This document shows positions 11,201 to 23,669 of a stretch of 64,000 nt of DNA, piece by piece (position 1 is the first letter of the stretch; each line of letters begins with the position of its first letter). The notes beneath the pieces were generated by a model. That model ran no database searches, was not told where the DNA came from, and saw only the letters and a list, made by a program, of their open reading frames with translations. Made by a program: the position numbers and the translations under genes. Origin of the DNA: Dudresnaya verticillata (taxonomy: Eukaryota); the NCBI GenBank assembly GCA_977862235.1, contig OZ374560.1, positions 1,116,001-1,180,000 of the forward strand, read 5' to 3'.

Positions 11201-14200
11201 GCGCCCTGTTTCAAACGACCGTTGAAGTCGAACGGCGCCCACTCGGGTATTTCTTCCGGCCGCTGACAGCAGCGGAGAAAAAATACTCCGTATCCGAGCA
11301 AGAATGTCTCGCTGTCGTGTGGGCTGTCACCACGTTGCGACCTTGCCTCCAATTGGAACACTTTACGATTTACACGCACCACTCATCACTGAGATGGCTC
11401 ATGGAGATCAACTACCCGTCTGGTAGGCTTATGCGATGGCGACTACTCGTTTCTGAATTCGACTTCGATGTCAAGTATAAGAACGGAAGGCTCAACACTC
11501 AAACCGACGCTCTATCACGTTTGCGCACTTTGGGCGAGATCCAGCAGCCTATCGATGACGACATACCATGCTTCGTGGCTGCCCACTCTACCGATCCCGA
11601 TGACGAGTATTTCCTCTCTCACGACTACGACACTTTCGACTGGTTGCTGGTAACTACCCCACCCACGACTGTCGACGATTTACTTCGACCGATCTCTACC
11701 GAAGAACTACTTCATGCCCAATTGGGAGACGCCTTCTGTACTCACTTGCGTTCGCGTCTTAACGGGGGTAGGTACTGCCCTTTCGTGCTAATGATGACGG
11801 AATTCTAGTCCGGACTGTCGAAGCTGACCCCCAGGTCGTCGTTCCGTTCGTGCTTCGAGCACGTGTCCTACACATGACACATCATGCGAAGATCGCTGGT
11901 CACCCGGGTGGACGCAAGCTTTTCTACTCCCCACGCCGTCATTTATATTGGCCCTCAATGGCAGTGGGTTGCTACACCACGGTGCGGAACTGCGTCACGT
12001 GCGCGAGGGATCGAGTCAAGCTCCGACGTGTCTCAAAGCACTTGCGTCTATTTCTGGCGACAGCGCCGTTTCAACAGGTTTCGATTGACCTTCTTGGAGA
12101 ACGCATCCTGTCTAAGCGCGGCAATCGATTCCTACTGGTCATTGTGGATCGATATTCGAAGCTAACGCGGACTTAACCGCTCAAGAGGATACCCGCGATG
12201 GAGATCTCGAAGGAGTTCATACACCATTAGGTGTTTGTTTATGGACCACCAAAGACATCACTATCGGATAATGGACCGCAGTTCACTGTGAAGCTATTCC
12301 AAGCTATCTGTGGACTACTGGGTGTCACGAACCTGTTTACGACTACGTATCACCCCCATACCAACGGACAGCTAGAGAGATTCAATAGGACTATCCTAGC
12401 GCGTCTACGACACTACGTAGCGTACCGTCCGCGTGATTGGTACCGATTCAGTGATGCGCTCATGTACGCTTACAACACGCAGGTCCACACTAATACAAAG
12501 CCGGAACCCCTCCAATTGGTCTGTCGCTTCCGCCGCCGCCATTAGCTATCGAGGCCGAACCCTCACTACGGAGCTTCCCGTCTACTGCTAACTATCGCGA
12601 AAAGTGGCAATAATGACTACACGGATTAATGTAAACCGCAGGTAAGGAACTCGCCAAGTCGCAAGCGCGTTACAAACACGACTTCGATGCAAGAGTGCGG
12701 ATACCGGCGGAGTTGGTCAGCAATGGTTCATACGTCTTCGTCAGGAAACAATACTACGGCAGGGATGCCCCGAAGCAGAATCGTGTGCCGATCAGCGATG
12801 GGCCATATCGGGTTGTCAAGGCCCAGAGTGATACCGTCGTTCTCGACGTGGGGAACAACACCCAAGAGCAGATTTCCCGCGACAGGGTGGTGTTAGCACC
12901 TCCTCCCGATCCCACGCACGCAACTGATGACGAAAGGACTCAGGGAGGCAACGTGGAAGCACTTCCTGCGCCAGGAGACAGCAGACCCAGCCGCGGAGCC
13001 ACTAGGCAATTTCCAAGTACCCCGCTGTCGTCAGCTTCAATTACTCCCGAACGCGGATTGGCAGCTCTGCCGCCGCAGGGCGATCCTGGAATTGGCAACA
13101 GCCAACGGTATGCGCGAATCATAACGAGGATTCCCTCTGCTTTGCGTACTACCGCATCTCCAACGCCGACGCCGGAAACTAGTAGAAATACACTCACGCC
13201 GTCCCTCGGCAGAAAGATACACCAAAGTCAACTCGAGGACCAGGCCCCACGCTCACACTACCCAGAGTCTGCCGCAATACGGGGGTCGCCTTTGGCGGCC
13301 CCTGACAAAGGGGAGCTTGGCAGAACAGCGGAACCACCGCGGACAACGAACAACATGCAACCGGAGTCACCTCCAGGGCCTAGTCACCCCTTGTATGGAG
13401 ATGGCCAAGCCGAGACATCAACGCTACGCACGGGTATCCCCGAGAGTGTTCCTCAGTCGGCGAAGATGTCCCCGCCTAATTCCAATATGGTGCAGCCTTC
13501 TACTGAAGGAAAGTCGAAGCTACCAATACCGACCGAATACCACGCGGTTGACCGCTCTAATCGCGTCACGGACGTTTTATCGTGGACAAGGAACCACGGG
13601 ATCGAAGCGTTGAGGGTATGGATAAAGTCGAGACGCCAGTACAACCCGCGTCTCATGTCCAACCAACAACGGAGGTTCCTACGTATGGTTTACAGCCCAG
13701 CCCGGCAAAGCGTGGCGCCGCTGCGGATAACCGCTCCGCAGAAGCCAACGTCAGCAACCGAGTCGACCGAGCGAGTGAGCTCGCCACTACTGGCCCAGAC
13801 CGTGGACGCTTAGAAGAAGTGGATACCCACGGTAACATCACAGTCGACGACGCGGTTAGCCACGATTCGGCATTGGGAGGCGCCATGCGCGCTAAGCTGG
13901 TCAGCGACGCTCTGTTTCGAGGATAACCTCGACAGCTCTCAAGGCTCATCGTCGGCCGGTGCGTCTGCAAAACAACTCACGCGTGCCACAAGCACTGAAG
14001 ATACAGGCAAAGGAGTGGCCGCCTCCGACGACCAACGAAGTGCGCAGAGCTCGTCGACGCCAACGCTCACCGAGGTCAATCCTCGCACCACTGTCACTCA
14101 ACCGCGTCGAAGTGCGCGTTTACGCCCAACTATACCAGAATCGGCTCCACACAAGCCTACAAGTGGCACCGCCACACCACGGCGCGTTGCGTTCGATCGA

Positions 14201-14500
14201 AATCCAGTGGTCATACCCATGACGTATCATACTGAGGCTCATCCTCGCTCTACAGTAGCTCCACCCACTATAGTACCATCTCCCGTGGGAGCTCCGCGTG
14301 CAATGTTTGTCATAGACAAGGTGGTGAACCACGAACAGGCCGACGAGGGCACCTTCTACGAAGTTAAATGGTTTGAGTACCCAAGTTCAGCAAACACACT
14401 CGAGCCGATCGAAAACTTGCCTCGCAGTCAGGTCCTGCTCTATTTCCATAAGGCTAAATTGGGAACACCTAGTGACCTCCATCGCGTCATTAGGCCGAGG
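8153..14500 (+). pseudogene. pol: pol of element A (PR-RT-RH-IN-linker-chromodomain)
   Basis: ORF pieces 8406-8819 (protease), 10194-10751 and 10732-11808 (RT, RNase H), 11850-12545 (HHCC and integrase core), 12695-13813 (low-complexity linker) and ~14303-14480 (chromodomain FVIDKVVNH...YEVKWFEYP...TLEPIENLP). Confidence 0.92.
8800..9702 (+). mobile_element. Solo LTR inserted between protease and RT of element A
   Basis: TGTGGTGCAA...TTGCACCACA termini, perfect TSD GTTCG (8795-8799 and 9703-9707), paralogous to 3070-3954. Confidence 0.95.
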
Positions 14501-15269
14501 AACCTTCGCGTAAGCAAATTGCAGCGACGTTCGGTGAAGAAGGAAAGGCGCAATAACGTTGAAATCCAACGAATAACCCACTGTGGCCCACCACGCCGAA
14601 TCCCACCACTACGCATCATCGGGATACGTCGACCCGCCGAAGCCGACGCGCACACATAACGTGAAGGTATCGCGGACAATGACGCTCCGTTAATTGTCGT
14701 AAAACGAGACGACCGCGATGGGAATATCCTGTGTTATGATGGTCCACAACGGGTGACAACGCGCGGATGACCCGCTTGACTATTGTTATGGGTTGTAACT
14801 CGTGCGTTATCGTCAACATGGGCTCTACCATAGTGACATGCTCCGTATCTAGGCCTCTGGCCAAGGCAGTTAACCGGCCCACGCAGAAAATAAAAAAGAG
14901 CTTCGAGGGTTGCTACGATAACGTCTTCCCTGACTCTAGGAGACAGGGCGCGTTATGGTTGCGCTACAGTACCGTCAATACCGGGACGCTTGAAAGCGGA
15001 AAAACAACTGGAAACCACACGCAGGCAAGCCGCTTCGTTATTTCCTCGTGCATCCGGCTCGCGGACCACATCAAGTAACACTGCCTACCGTGCTACGCGC
15101 ACTGACTAACGACTCTTGGAAAGGGGGGTCAGTCAAGGGAGGCTGACTTTATTCTTTACGTTGATGAACAACAGACATTTTCACGCGGACCAACCGCTTC
15201 AAGTACTACTAACGTGTATGCTCAGTGGGTGTTCTATACTAACGGCTAATCCTCGCGCATTATCCAAGC

Positions 15270-17760
15270 AACCATGGGGTCGTCGGTGATGTCACTTTCA
15301 GCCCCGTCGTTGATATCTGCTTCTACGGCAACACCAGCTGAGGCTACCCCGGCATTAGGCGACGGTACCGAGGGCACATCTTCACGAGGGGAATCCCCCG
15401 TCTCGGTTTCCATCGGATCCAGCTGCCCGTCATCTTCAATCCCATTCGGAGCTACCTCTTCAGTCCTTTACACGACAGCCCTACTAGGAGCCACGTTGGT
15501 GGCGCCAAGCGGAGACGCCGCGACAATTGCCTGAAACCGTTCGCGCAGTTCGCGTTCCGATAAGTTTAAACCGAGGTCAATCCCCGAACGTTGCAAGAAT
15601 TGAGCCATGGCGAATCGGGTTGGTATAGGAGTCTCGGCGTTGACTCCATTGGCGGCAGCGACAGGAGGAGTGATCGTAGGCATCGGAGGGGGACCAAGTG
15701 AACCGGGAGTTCTCTCCGCTGAATACACATGTGCGTCTTGTTGGGAACGGGAACGAGGGTCATCTAAGTCGGCGTATGACGCTGGTGGAGCAGGGGTGTC
15801 TAGAACCGACGGGTGCGCGATACAACCATCGGAGAAACCTGCGCTCTCTTTCTCATCGACTCCCCGCTCCATGGCGTCATAGAGGTATCCAGATGGGTAG
15901 TCGGCCTGCATCAGTACGGGATGCTCGCGGTGAAACCGCGCCTCTTGTTCGCCAACGAGCTGGTATCGCCAAGGGTCATACCAGACGAAACCCCACAAGT
16001 GGGATGACGTCTACCCGGCGAAACGTTGCGCCGCAGGTTACTGCGTTTGTTATTCGTCAGTCGTAGTACTGTGGGACCGTTCCAGTCTATGTTGTCATGC
16101 ATTTGCAGTCACCTGCGGAGCTCCTCGTCCTTACTATGACCGCCAAGGACAGTGCGGAGATCCAGCTCATCTAATAGTGACGTCATCGTCGGGGGGTAAG
16201 ATCCACAAACTCAGAATGTCATAGGTCTCCCAAAGCCAATGGATGGCGATTTTCGAAACGAACTAGGTGTACGAAACCATCCACAACCCCGCGTTCTGTT
16301 TTCGCAAAAACGCGCTCATGCAGTAGCCGAATATGTTCCGTAGCTCCAAGAGAAATCCCTCGAATGTCTCTTATAACGCCCACGTGAGCGGTATTCCAAT
16401 ATAATAGCGTCGTCGGTATGTCATTCGGAAGAGGGACGCCTCAACGTGCGGATACGGGAGGAAGATACCCCGCCGCGGGAACGTTCACGCCTCTCGATAC
16501 GGATTTTGTCCCAAAAGGCACTACCGCGTTTCTGTAAGTATCGGAATTCATTCCACAGTCGCACGTCGAGGAGTAAAGCGGACTGAGACACCCACGGCTC
16601 ACACCCGCGACAAGACTATGGAACTTGCATGTCTGCGAGGAACCAGACATAATCACTCTCCCCATTCGTGCGTTACACCGCGTAATCCACGCCGACGTCT
16701 GGCGTAATCAACCCACGGTCCGAAGTACGCGTGTGTCGCCGGTACACCAAGCGTACCCAATCGCGTAATAACGCGTCTAATGGCCGGTGCCTATCATTCA
16801 GGTGATGAAGGGGAATCGCCCCGTGTAGCCTCCAGCCTTCCGTCATCAAGACCTCAACAGGGAGACCCCCGGGTAGGTAACCGCTCACCACATAACGCCC
16901 GATGATATCCATCGACCTGCAATCACGTGGATGAAACCACGGAGCTCGGGCGAATAAGTCCAGGTCGTTGCCGGGCATCAAACCCACGCACTCCTCCGGC
17001 CTCGGGTACTCAAGAGCCGGTGGAGCGGGCGTCGTAATGACGGGGAAACCCCGAGGGCAATGCTTCGACGTTCGTGGTCACGGCAGGATGAAATATCATC
17101 GCCGAGGAGCTCTCCGCGCCAGAAAGAGCTGGAGCCGGCGACGGCATCGGGGCTGGCACGGGTGCGGCCGACGCTGACGACCGACGGAGCGCTCGCGGGA
17201 CGGCTGGCAACTCGATCGTTGGTAGCCCCACGGTAGGCGGGTGGCGTCTAACTGAGGACTCACCATCAGGGGTGTAAGTAGACGCCGGCACCGGCGGATT
17301 AGGTTGTATCTTGGAGAAATCTTCGTCGTCGATAATCGGCGGCGCCGAAGGCGGAGGTTCACTCTTGCCGCGACGTGTGAGCGGGTGACCGCGGTAGGTA
17401 GGTTGTCCTGACCAGCGACTCGCACGAACGGCGTACGAAACCGAAAGCGAATTGGCCGTACGAAGTGGAAGGCCACGAACAGTTAGAGCCCGAGAAGAGG
17501 CGGGCCTTGCTAGCGGAGCACGCGAACAAGCAGGACGACAGCACGAAAGTTTTAGAAAGCGGGGTACCGTGAAGCCTATCAGAAGCTGTCTCACACGGCA
17601 ACGGGGATGCTCACGCATACAATAGGGAAGCGGAGAGCTGCGGTCAGTACAACAGTGAGCCGCCGCGTCGGCGGTGGGGATGTTGATGCGCAGACACAAC
17701 GGAGAAGCCTCCGCAAGATTGAGACTGCTACAGGAGGCAGGCGGTAGGCACAGCGTGTTT
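15270..17760 (-). pseudogene. Antisense accessory coding region of element A, unknown function
   Basis: A chain of protein-like minus-strand ORF pieces (17010-17699, 16673-16987, 16441-16665, 15911-16102, 15468-15998) lies inside the element between the chromodomain and the PPT. Confidence 0.6.
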
Positions 17761-17767
17761 CACTCTT

Positions 17768-17879
17768 AAGAGGGGGGCGATGTGGTGCAATACCCCAGGG
17801 TGAAGCCCCGTTTTCATATCGCTACATCCGCTCGTGCGGTGAGCGGACGACGGCATACGCGGATCAACCGCGAACGGAG
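17768..17879 (+). repeat. Polypurine tract plus truncated 3' LTR of element A
   Basis: aagaggggggcga, then TGTGGTGCAA at 17781. About 99 bp match the reconstructed 5' LTR before an abrupt switch to element B sequence. Confidence 0.9.
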
Positions 17880-20800
17880 TGGTTGGTAGGAATCCAGATA
17901 CGACCGTCTGTTTCGATTAGGTCAGATTCAAGATTCGGGTTAAATTCCTTTGGTATGTTTCCAGCTTGCTTTTGTGCGTCCAGAATGCTTTTATGATCAG
18001 GCCGGACTATTTAGTATGCAAAGGGGATAAATTGCTCCGCAGGCTGCAGCACACTGTTGATGGTCCTCAGAACTAACTTTCTCTTCCTGGATCCACGCGC
18101 CCATCGGGTCAGGATGTCACCGAGGACGTTAGAAGTACCACGGACGTGTTCGATGACGCACGGAAACCGTGATATGAATAGGGCCCAGCGCTGGACCTTT
18201 GAGACGATATGTCGCCCCAGAGCGGTTTCAAGCGCAAGAGGCGTAAACACAAACAGCAGATTGCGATGATCTGTGTAAATGTGTGCCGGGTTAGCTCCAG
18301 TCAGGATGTATTCAAGCTTATCGAATGTCTTGAGGATGGCAAAGGCCTCTTTCTCAAACTTGCTCCATCCGACGTCAGCTCCCCTGAACGCCGCATCGAG
18401 GAAAGCCAACGGCTCGTGGCGTTGCTCCTCAATAGGTAAATTCAGATCTTCAGGTTGAGTCTGGGTCACAACGGTATACCAGAAGCGATCTGATGCATCC
18501 CTGAATACTCATATCTCCATTCCCGATTTAGGATGAGAAAGGGTAAAAGAGTTGGCTAGTTTGTCCTGTAATTTGCGGAAAGCGTCCGCATGGGGAGTGA
18601 CCCAGGACAGAGTGCTCAAAGGGATATTCTTGATTGAACGCTTGGTGCGTTTTTCCGGAACGGGAGTAGGCTTCCTCTAGCACTGGCGTCAGTGAAGCAA
18701 CGATCTGTGCGAAGTCCGGTATACACATCGCCACCCACCTACAGCAGTAGATAAACTCGACCATCTCAGCAGCGGTATACGGTAAGTCCCTATCCTGAAG
18801 CGCAGAAATGCGCAAAGGGTCAACGTGGTACCCGTTGCCGTTGATGATGCGCCCACACCACTTCATCGCCTTGGATAAGAAGACAGACTTGAGGGCTGAA
18901 AGGAATAGTCCAGGCTGATGGTAGAATTGGAAAAATCGTTCCAGGATGCGAAGATGGTGATCTTCGGTATGCGAATAATCACTTAAATCGTCTAGCCATG
19001 CCTTCAGGTTGGCTCAGAGCTCGCTGAAAAGGGGTTCTAAAAAGGGGTTCAACAGTACTCTGGAAGTAGGACGTGGCGTTAGCCAGGCCAAGAAGGACTC
19101 GCTTGGACGCAAGCACGGCCCGTGGCGTAACAATCCCACAAGAGCTGCACGAGTCCGGATGCAACGGTAGTTGCGAATAAGCTGAGACGAAATCCAAACT
19201 GGCGAAGCATGAGCTGCCGGAAAAGTCCAAGACTTCTGATTCGAGATGCGGCATTCACCATGATGCTTTAAGCGTCGCTGCATTGACGGGACGCAATTCG
19301 ATGGCCATCCTCTATTTGAACCTAGAGCCTGGTTTCGGAACGATCAGCGGCGCAGCTTGACAAGCCGCGGTCGGCATAACAAGGGCTAAGTCCATGTACA
19401 GGAACGTTTCAGCATACCTCTTCATGAATGCGCGCTGTTCAGGTGAATAGCGTCGCGCTTTGGCCTGCACCGGTTTTCTTCTCGGCGTAAGTCGGACCCT
19501 CACCGGTTCCATTTTGGCTGGTGGGGATTTTCCCAGCCTTACTTGAAAACAGAATTGTACTTGACGAACAGATTCGACAACTTGCCACAACCTGAATCTG
19601 ACATACTATTAGCTCGGGCTTGCTCGACGCGGCTGTTCAGAGCAGATTCCAGCTCGCCCGGTTTGTCATCTCCTAGATCGATCTATATATCGGAATTGTC
19701 AAGCGCATCGTCCCTGGGCTCACCATGGCTATGGTACGTGGTACCAAACTCAGCGTCGGAACGAACGAGACTGTGAATGGCGCAAGCGGGGACGGCCGCT
19801 TCGCCTTCTCGAGCCTTGAGCAAGTCCCCGACTTCCACGTTGATCTGGAACCGCTCACTCGAAGAGACTAGGAGGACACGGTTGTCCAGGCCAATATCAC
19901 TCAAAACGTGACGGCTGATAAGCGTATGAGGTAACGGCTTGTCTGCAACATGCCACTGCACGCGGCGCAGACAAAGGTTTGAACCATGGCGGAAGCTAAG
20001 TAGCACGGAGGCTGTAAGCTTACGGCTACAAATCAGTGGGGACGCAGTTGTGTCTACCATCTCGAACGAAGTAGGATTTCCCAGGTTGGTCACGTCCAGG
20101 TTAGGATCAACCTGAATCATTCGGTCGAGAGTTTGAGGTGGTAGCACGTTCCCATCAGACCATTTATCTGCCAAGGTGAAACCATCGACGGCTTCATCAC
20201 AAAATTTGGCAGAGAACATGAAAGTGTTATCCAAGTCAGAAGGGAAAGAACGTTTCTTGATGTTTTCAGACTTAGCCTCTTCTTCTCATCGTGATATGCA
20301 GCCAACAACTTCCTTTTGTCATCTTTGGAAGTGTTGTTGCACTCGCGCATGAATTTCCGCTCGTCGCACTTCGGGTTAAGACGGTTAGGGCGACTGCGTT
20401 TGTTGGACCTGTCACCTCCCTTTTTGTCCTGCGGGTTTCCAGAGGAGCTTCCAGCCTCCTCCTTTTACTTCTTGTTGGATCCCTTCTTGCGGCGATTCTT
20501 CTTGGGTCGTCCTGAATTGACAGGCGTAAGTTTCAAGTCGGAGTCAGCCTTGTCCGGAATTCCACTTGCGGCTTCGTGGTGGTCAACCAGCTTGGCTTCC
20601 TTGGCTACTTCCTAATAAATAGGGCGTAGTTGATCTTGAACGCATCCTTGCGCAGCCTGAATGTCAGCTGCATGCGCTTACGCAGTTTCTCGTGCGTTAT
20701 CCCGGATAGGATGTGTCCAATCGCTACCTTGGGCTGTTTTGGACGAACTGGGAGTAGCCCATGTCTTCCAGCTTGGTCGCGTAGTCGAGACTCAGCTTCC

Positions 20801-22006
20801 AGATCTGAACCTCGAGCAATTTCTCAGAAGTGTCGATACGAACCTTGGCGATGTCCTTCTCGATCCTCGCCAGGTCGCAGTCCTCATAAGCAAACTGAGA
20901 ACGCTCCTCTTTGCATGCTTCGAGATGGTCCTCGGTAATATCAGATGTAACCTGAACGGGAACCCATTGAGCCGTGACAAGCATGTCCAGAATCGGCTTA
21001 TCTATAGAATTAAAGAGATACGTTTTCGGAATATCAACGTTCTGTTCGGCGCTCTTCTCTTGGAAGTGGCGCTCGTAGATCTCGCGCTTTTGTTGAAAGA
21101 AACGAAGTCTTGCGACTTGATACCTTTCAGCCTAGCGGCTTCTGGGGTTTCGACAATGGTTTACCTCACAGCATCAATATCGGCGGTTGTCGCCGTCCTT
21201 CTTGGCGGCATAATACAGAGCTGTTACCACGGACGTACGCTTTACCTTCGGCTTCCCGGCGGGTAAGAAGAAATTAATTACTGTGAATTCCTGGGGCTAG
21301 CGACGCCGTGGGCAACCCGGATTTCTTGACTATAATCGTTCCAACGGATGTTGGAAGGTTGTCGGAGCTGACATGAATGTGGATCAATAGTCTCTAGCTC
21401 AAACTGAAGGTGTTTCGGAAAGTTCAGGTTGAGACTTCAGACGTTCAGGTTGAGATCTGAGAAGTCCAGACCTCGGGAGTATAGTTCTGAATTATTCCAG
21501 CTTGGTTCGAACGCAATCTGAAAGGGCGTATCAGGCTGGTAGGAGGTGTAGTACGGTCAGCGAAAGGATAGTGAACACGGAGACGGAGGTCAGAACAGTG
21601 AGAGGGCCCTACCTCTCTGCTCGGTCCGTTCGCCGAGAGAGGGCTGCCTTTATTGTGAACGCGGTTCGCGTCCTTCCACAAAAGACAGAGAAACTGCGCC
21701 TCGGGCAGCGAGATGCACAGCGCGATCGACTTGCCGCGTTCAACGTGGGCCGCTGGCCACACATGACGCCGGGTCGGAGGTACCAATCAGAGACTGAATA
21801 AATCCAGGTCATCTGATATTGTCTTACGACATCAGCCAAGTGGCTGGACGTGGCATACGGTCGCAGACGTGGCGGCATCACGTCGCTCAATAACGCAGCC
21901 ATTGCCCGCGCAGCAGAATTCAGGTCGTGAGCTCAACGGCGCAGCCGTTACCGCGCATCGGGTCCTGACCTGAAGAGTACATCGCAAACGGTGCTCAGGT
22001 GCAACA
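17880..22006 (-). mobile_element. Ty3/Gypsy element B (5' LTR, gag, PR, RT, RNase H; integrase deleted)
   Basis: Minus-strand gag from ATGCCGCCAAGA (~21211), RT (ASLDFVSAYSQLPLHP, KWCGRIIN), RNase H (EKEAFAI, IYTDHRNL, KVQRWAL). Same lineage as element E. The LTR runs from 21282; its right end (21922 or 22006) is uncertain. Confidence 0.88.
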
Positions 22007-22243
22007 GGTCGCTACGCCGAATAGGAGCATGACCAGAGGGCGTGGGCTTGGAGGCAGGATGCCCGAGTCCGAGTGGCACGGCCGTGGCCCGGCCGCTGGC
22101 AACGCCGAAGCATTGCGGTGGGCAGTAAACTGACCTCGAGTGTGCGACGCGCGATTACAGCGCCGAAGTGCAAGCGCGATTGCGTTTGCGGAGCGTTAGC
22201 GTGCGAATCTCTTCAAATTGTGCGAAATCGCGCTAAAAAGAAG

Positions 22244-22516
22244 TTTTGGTAGGCCAGGCCATTTCGGTGACCCGTTTTCTATTTTTCAGATTTTTATTTT
22301 TACAATTTTGTTGTTTTTTGGTTTTGCTGTTTTTTCAAACAAAGACAATTAAACTACGAGATAATCTTAGCATAGTTGTAGGCCATCAAATCGATGTGGC
22401 CGTGCTGCATGTAACCGCGAATCACCTTGGCACGAAGAGCATGAAATGCGCCTGGATCGGAGCGAAACTTGGCATAGTAGTGGCGAATGACATTGAAAAT
22501 CGCGGTCGCCGTTTGG
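22244..22516. repeat. Left arm of a ~273-bp inverted repeat
   Basis: Reverse complement of 23666-23938 with scattered mismatches. Contains the last ~53 codons and the downstream sequence of the glycosyltransferase. Confidence 0.93.
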
Positions 22517-23669
22517 TCTCCATCACGGTTCGTAGGGATGACCAATCCATCATCATTGATAACTCGCTTGATCATATTCGGAATATCTCCAATACGGGTG
22601 CAAGCCGTGATACATCCTTGGCTCTGCGCTTATAGGAGCACTTGCGGTTTCGACTCGACCAAAGCCGTCGAAGGAAGCACTTGCATCATGCACGCAGAGA
22701 AGTGTTTGGCTACTTCTGTGAAATCCGGTTTGTAGTGAATGATCTTGCACAAATTCTGGTATCCAGGAAGCTTCTGCTCGCTGCAAACCATCATGGTGAT
22801 AAACACCTTGCCCTTCAGATCGCTGTGCGCAATCTTTTGCGCAAGTTTGAACATCACACCTGGTCCCTTGTCCGGCTTGTTCCTGCCAGCCCACCCCACC
22901 ACGAATGCGTTCCTGCCAAAATCAAAGCTTTCTGGAGTCTTGTGCGTGCGCAACTGGACAAGCTTCACGCCATGTCGATGCGCTTCTTCTTCGCCGTAAA
23001 ACCAGCACTTGATTGGCCTGCTGCAGTTAGATAGATGCTCTCCTGCTCGTGTGTAAGAAATACGAGCCTGTTTGGGACGCGAGGCTTGATCTTGAGCTGA
23101 GCGTTGAATTGAGTCATTGCGTTCGACCGGCGAGAATTGCAAGCCTGTTTCTGCACTTCCCCGTGCTGGACAAAGACCTTGTAGACAGATTCCCTGTGTT
23201 GTCCCAACGCCTGGTCGCTGATCCGAGCAGCCTGGACAACAAAGTCCTCAGCAGGACTTCCGTTCGTGATCAAACTGGTGATCTGGTTGTGACGCACATA
23301 CTGCAGGAAAGCCTGTTTATCCATACCGCCAAGGGAAAGATGAACAATCTTGCCGCGAAAGATCACATCGAGATGGGTGCGCAACCTGCCGGCAGAAGAT
23401 GATGCCCGGATGGATATGTAGTGAATGGAGCGACCTTGACCAGCGAATTTGCTTGCCAGATGAGTAGCCCAGAGTTCAGCGCCGCCAAAACACGCCTCAC
23501 TGACCAAGAAAACGATGCGGCGCTGAGCCAGCTGAGAGAAGTTGGTGACAAGAGACCTTGACTTACAAACCGCATTAGTTACTGCAATCTGATCGACAAG
23601 ATCAGCCTGCTGAGGAACGATTGGGATGGAATCATGTGATGACTGTCTTTGAAGGAGGTCGCCCTCCAA
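22354..23669 (-). pseudogene. GT-B glycosyltransferase, family 4 (Glycos_transf_1-like), 5'-truncated
   Basis: N-domain VFLVSEACFGGAELWATHLA; C-domain VGWAGRNKPDKGP and VLPSTALVESKPQVLL*AQSQG...TRIGDIP. The second Glu of the EX7E motif is a TAA stop (22630-22632). There is one frameshift near 23100-23150. Confidence 0.85.

Larger units (their letters stand above)
1584..17879 (+). mobile_element. Ty3/Gypsy chromovirus element A (degenerate, with nested insertions, 3' LTR truncated)
   Basis: 5' LTR TGTGGTGCAA...TTGCACCACA, then PBS-like site, gag, protease (LDTSAGPNFI), RT (WASPVVLAQKKDGTLRFCVD), RNase H (DTDASQYQVG), integrase (SDNGPQF, YHPHTNGQLERFNRT), chromodomain, PPT and the start of a matching 3' LTR at 17781. 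Confidence 0.93.

Noticed and set aside
20661..21266. 201-aa plus-strand ORF as a membrane protein gene
   Set aside because: It is the antisense shadow of element B gag.
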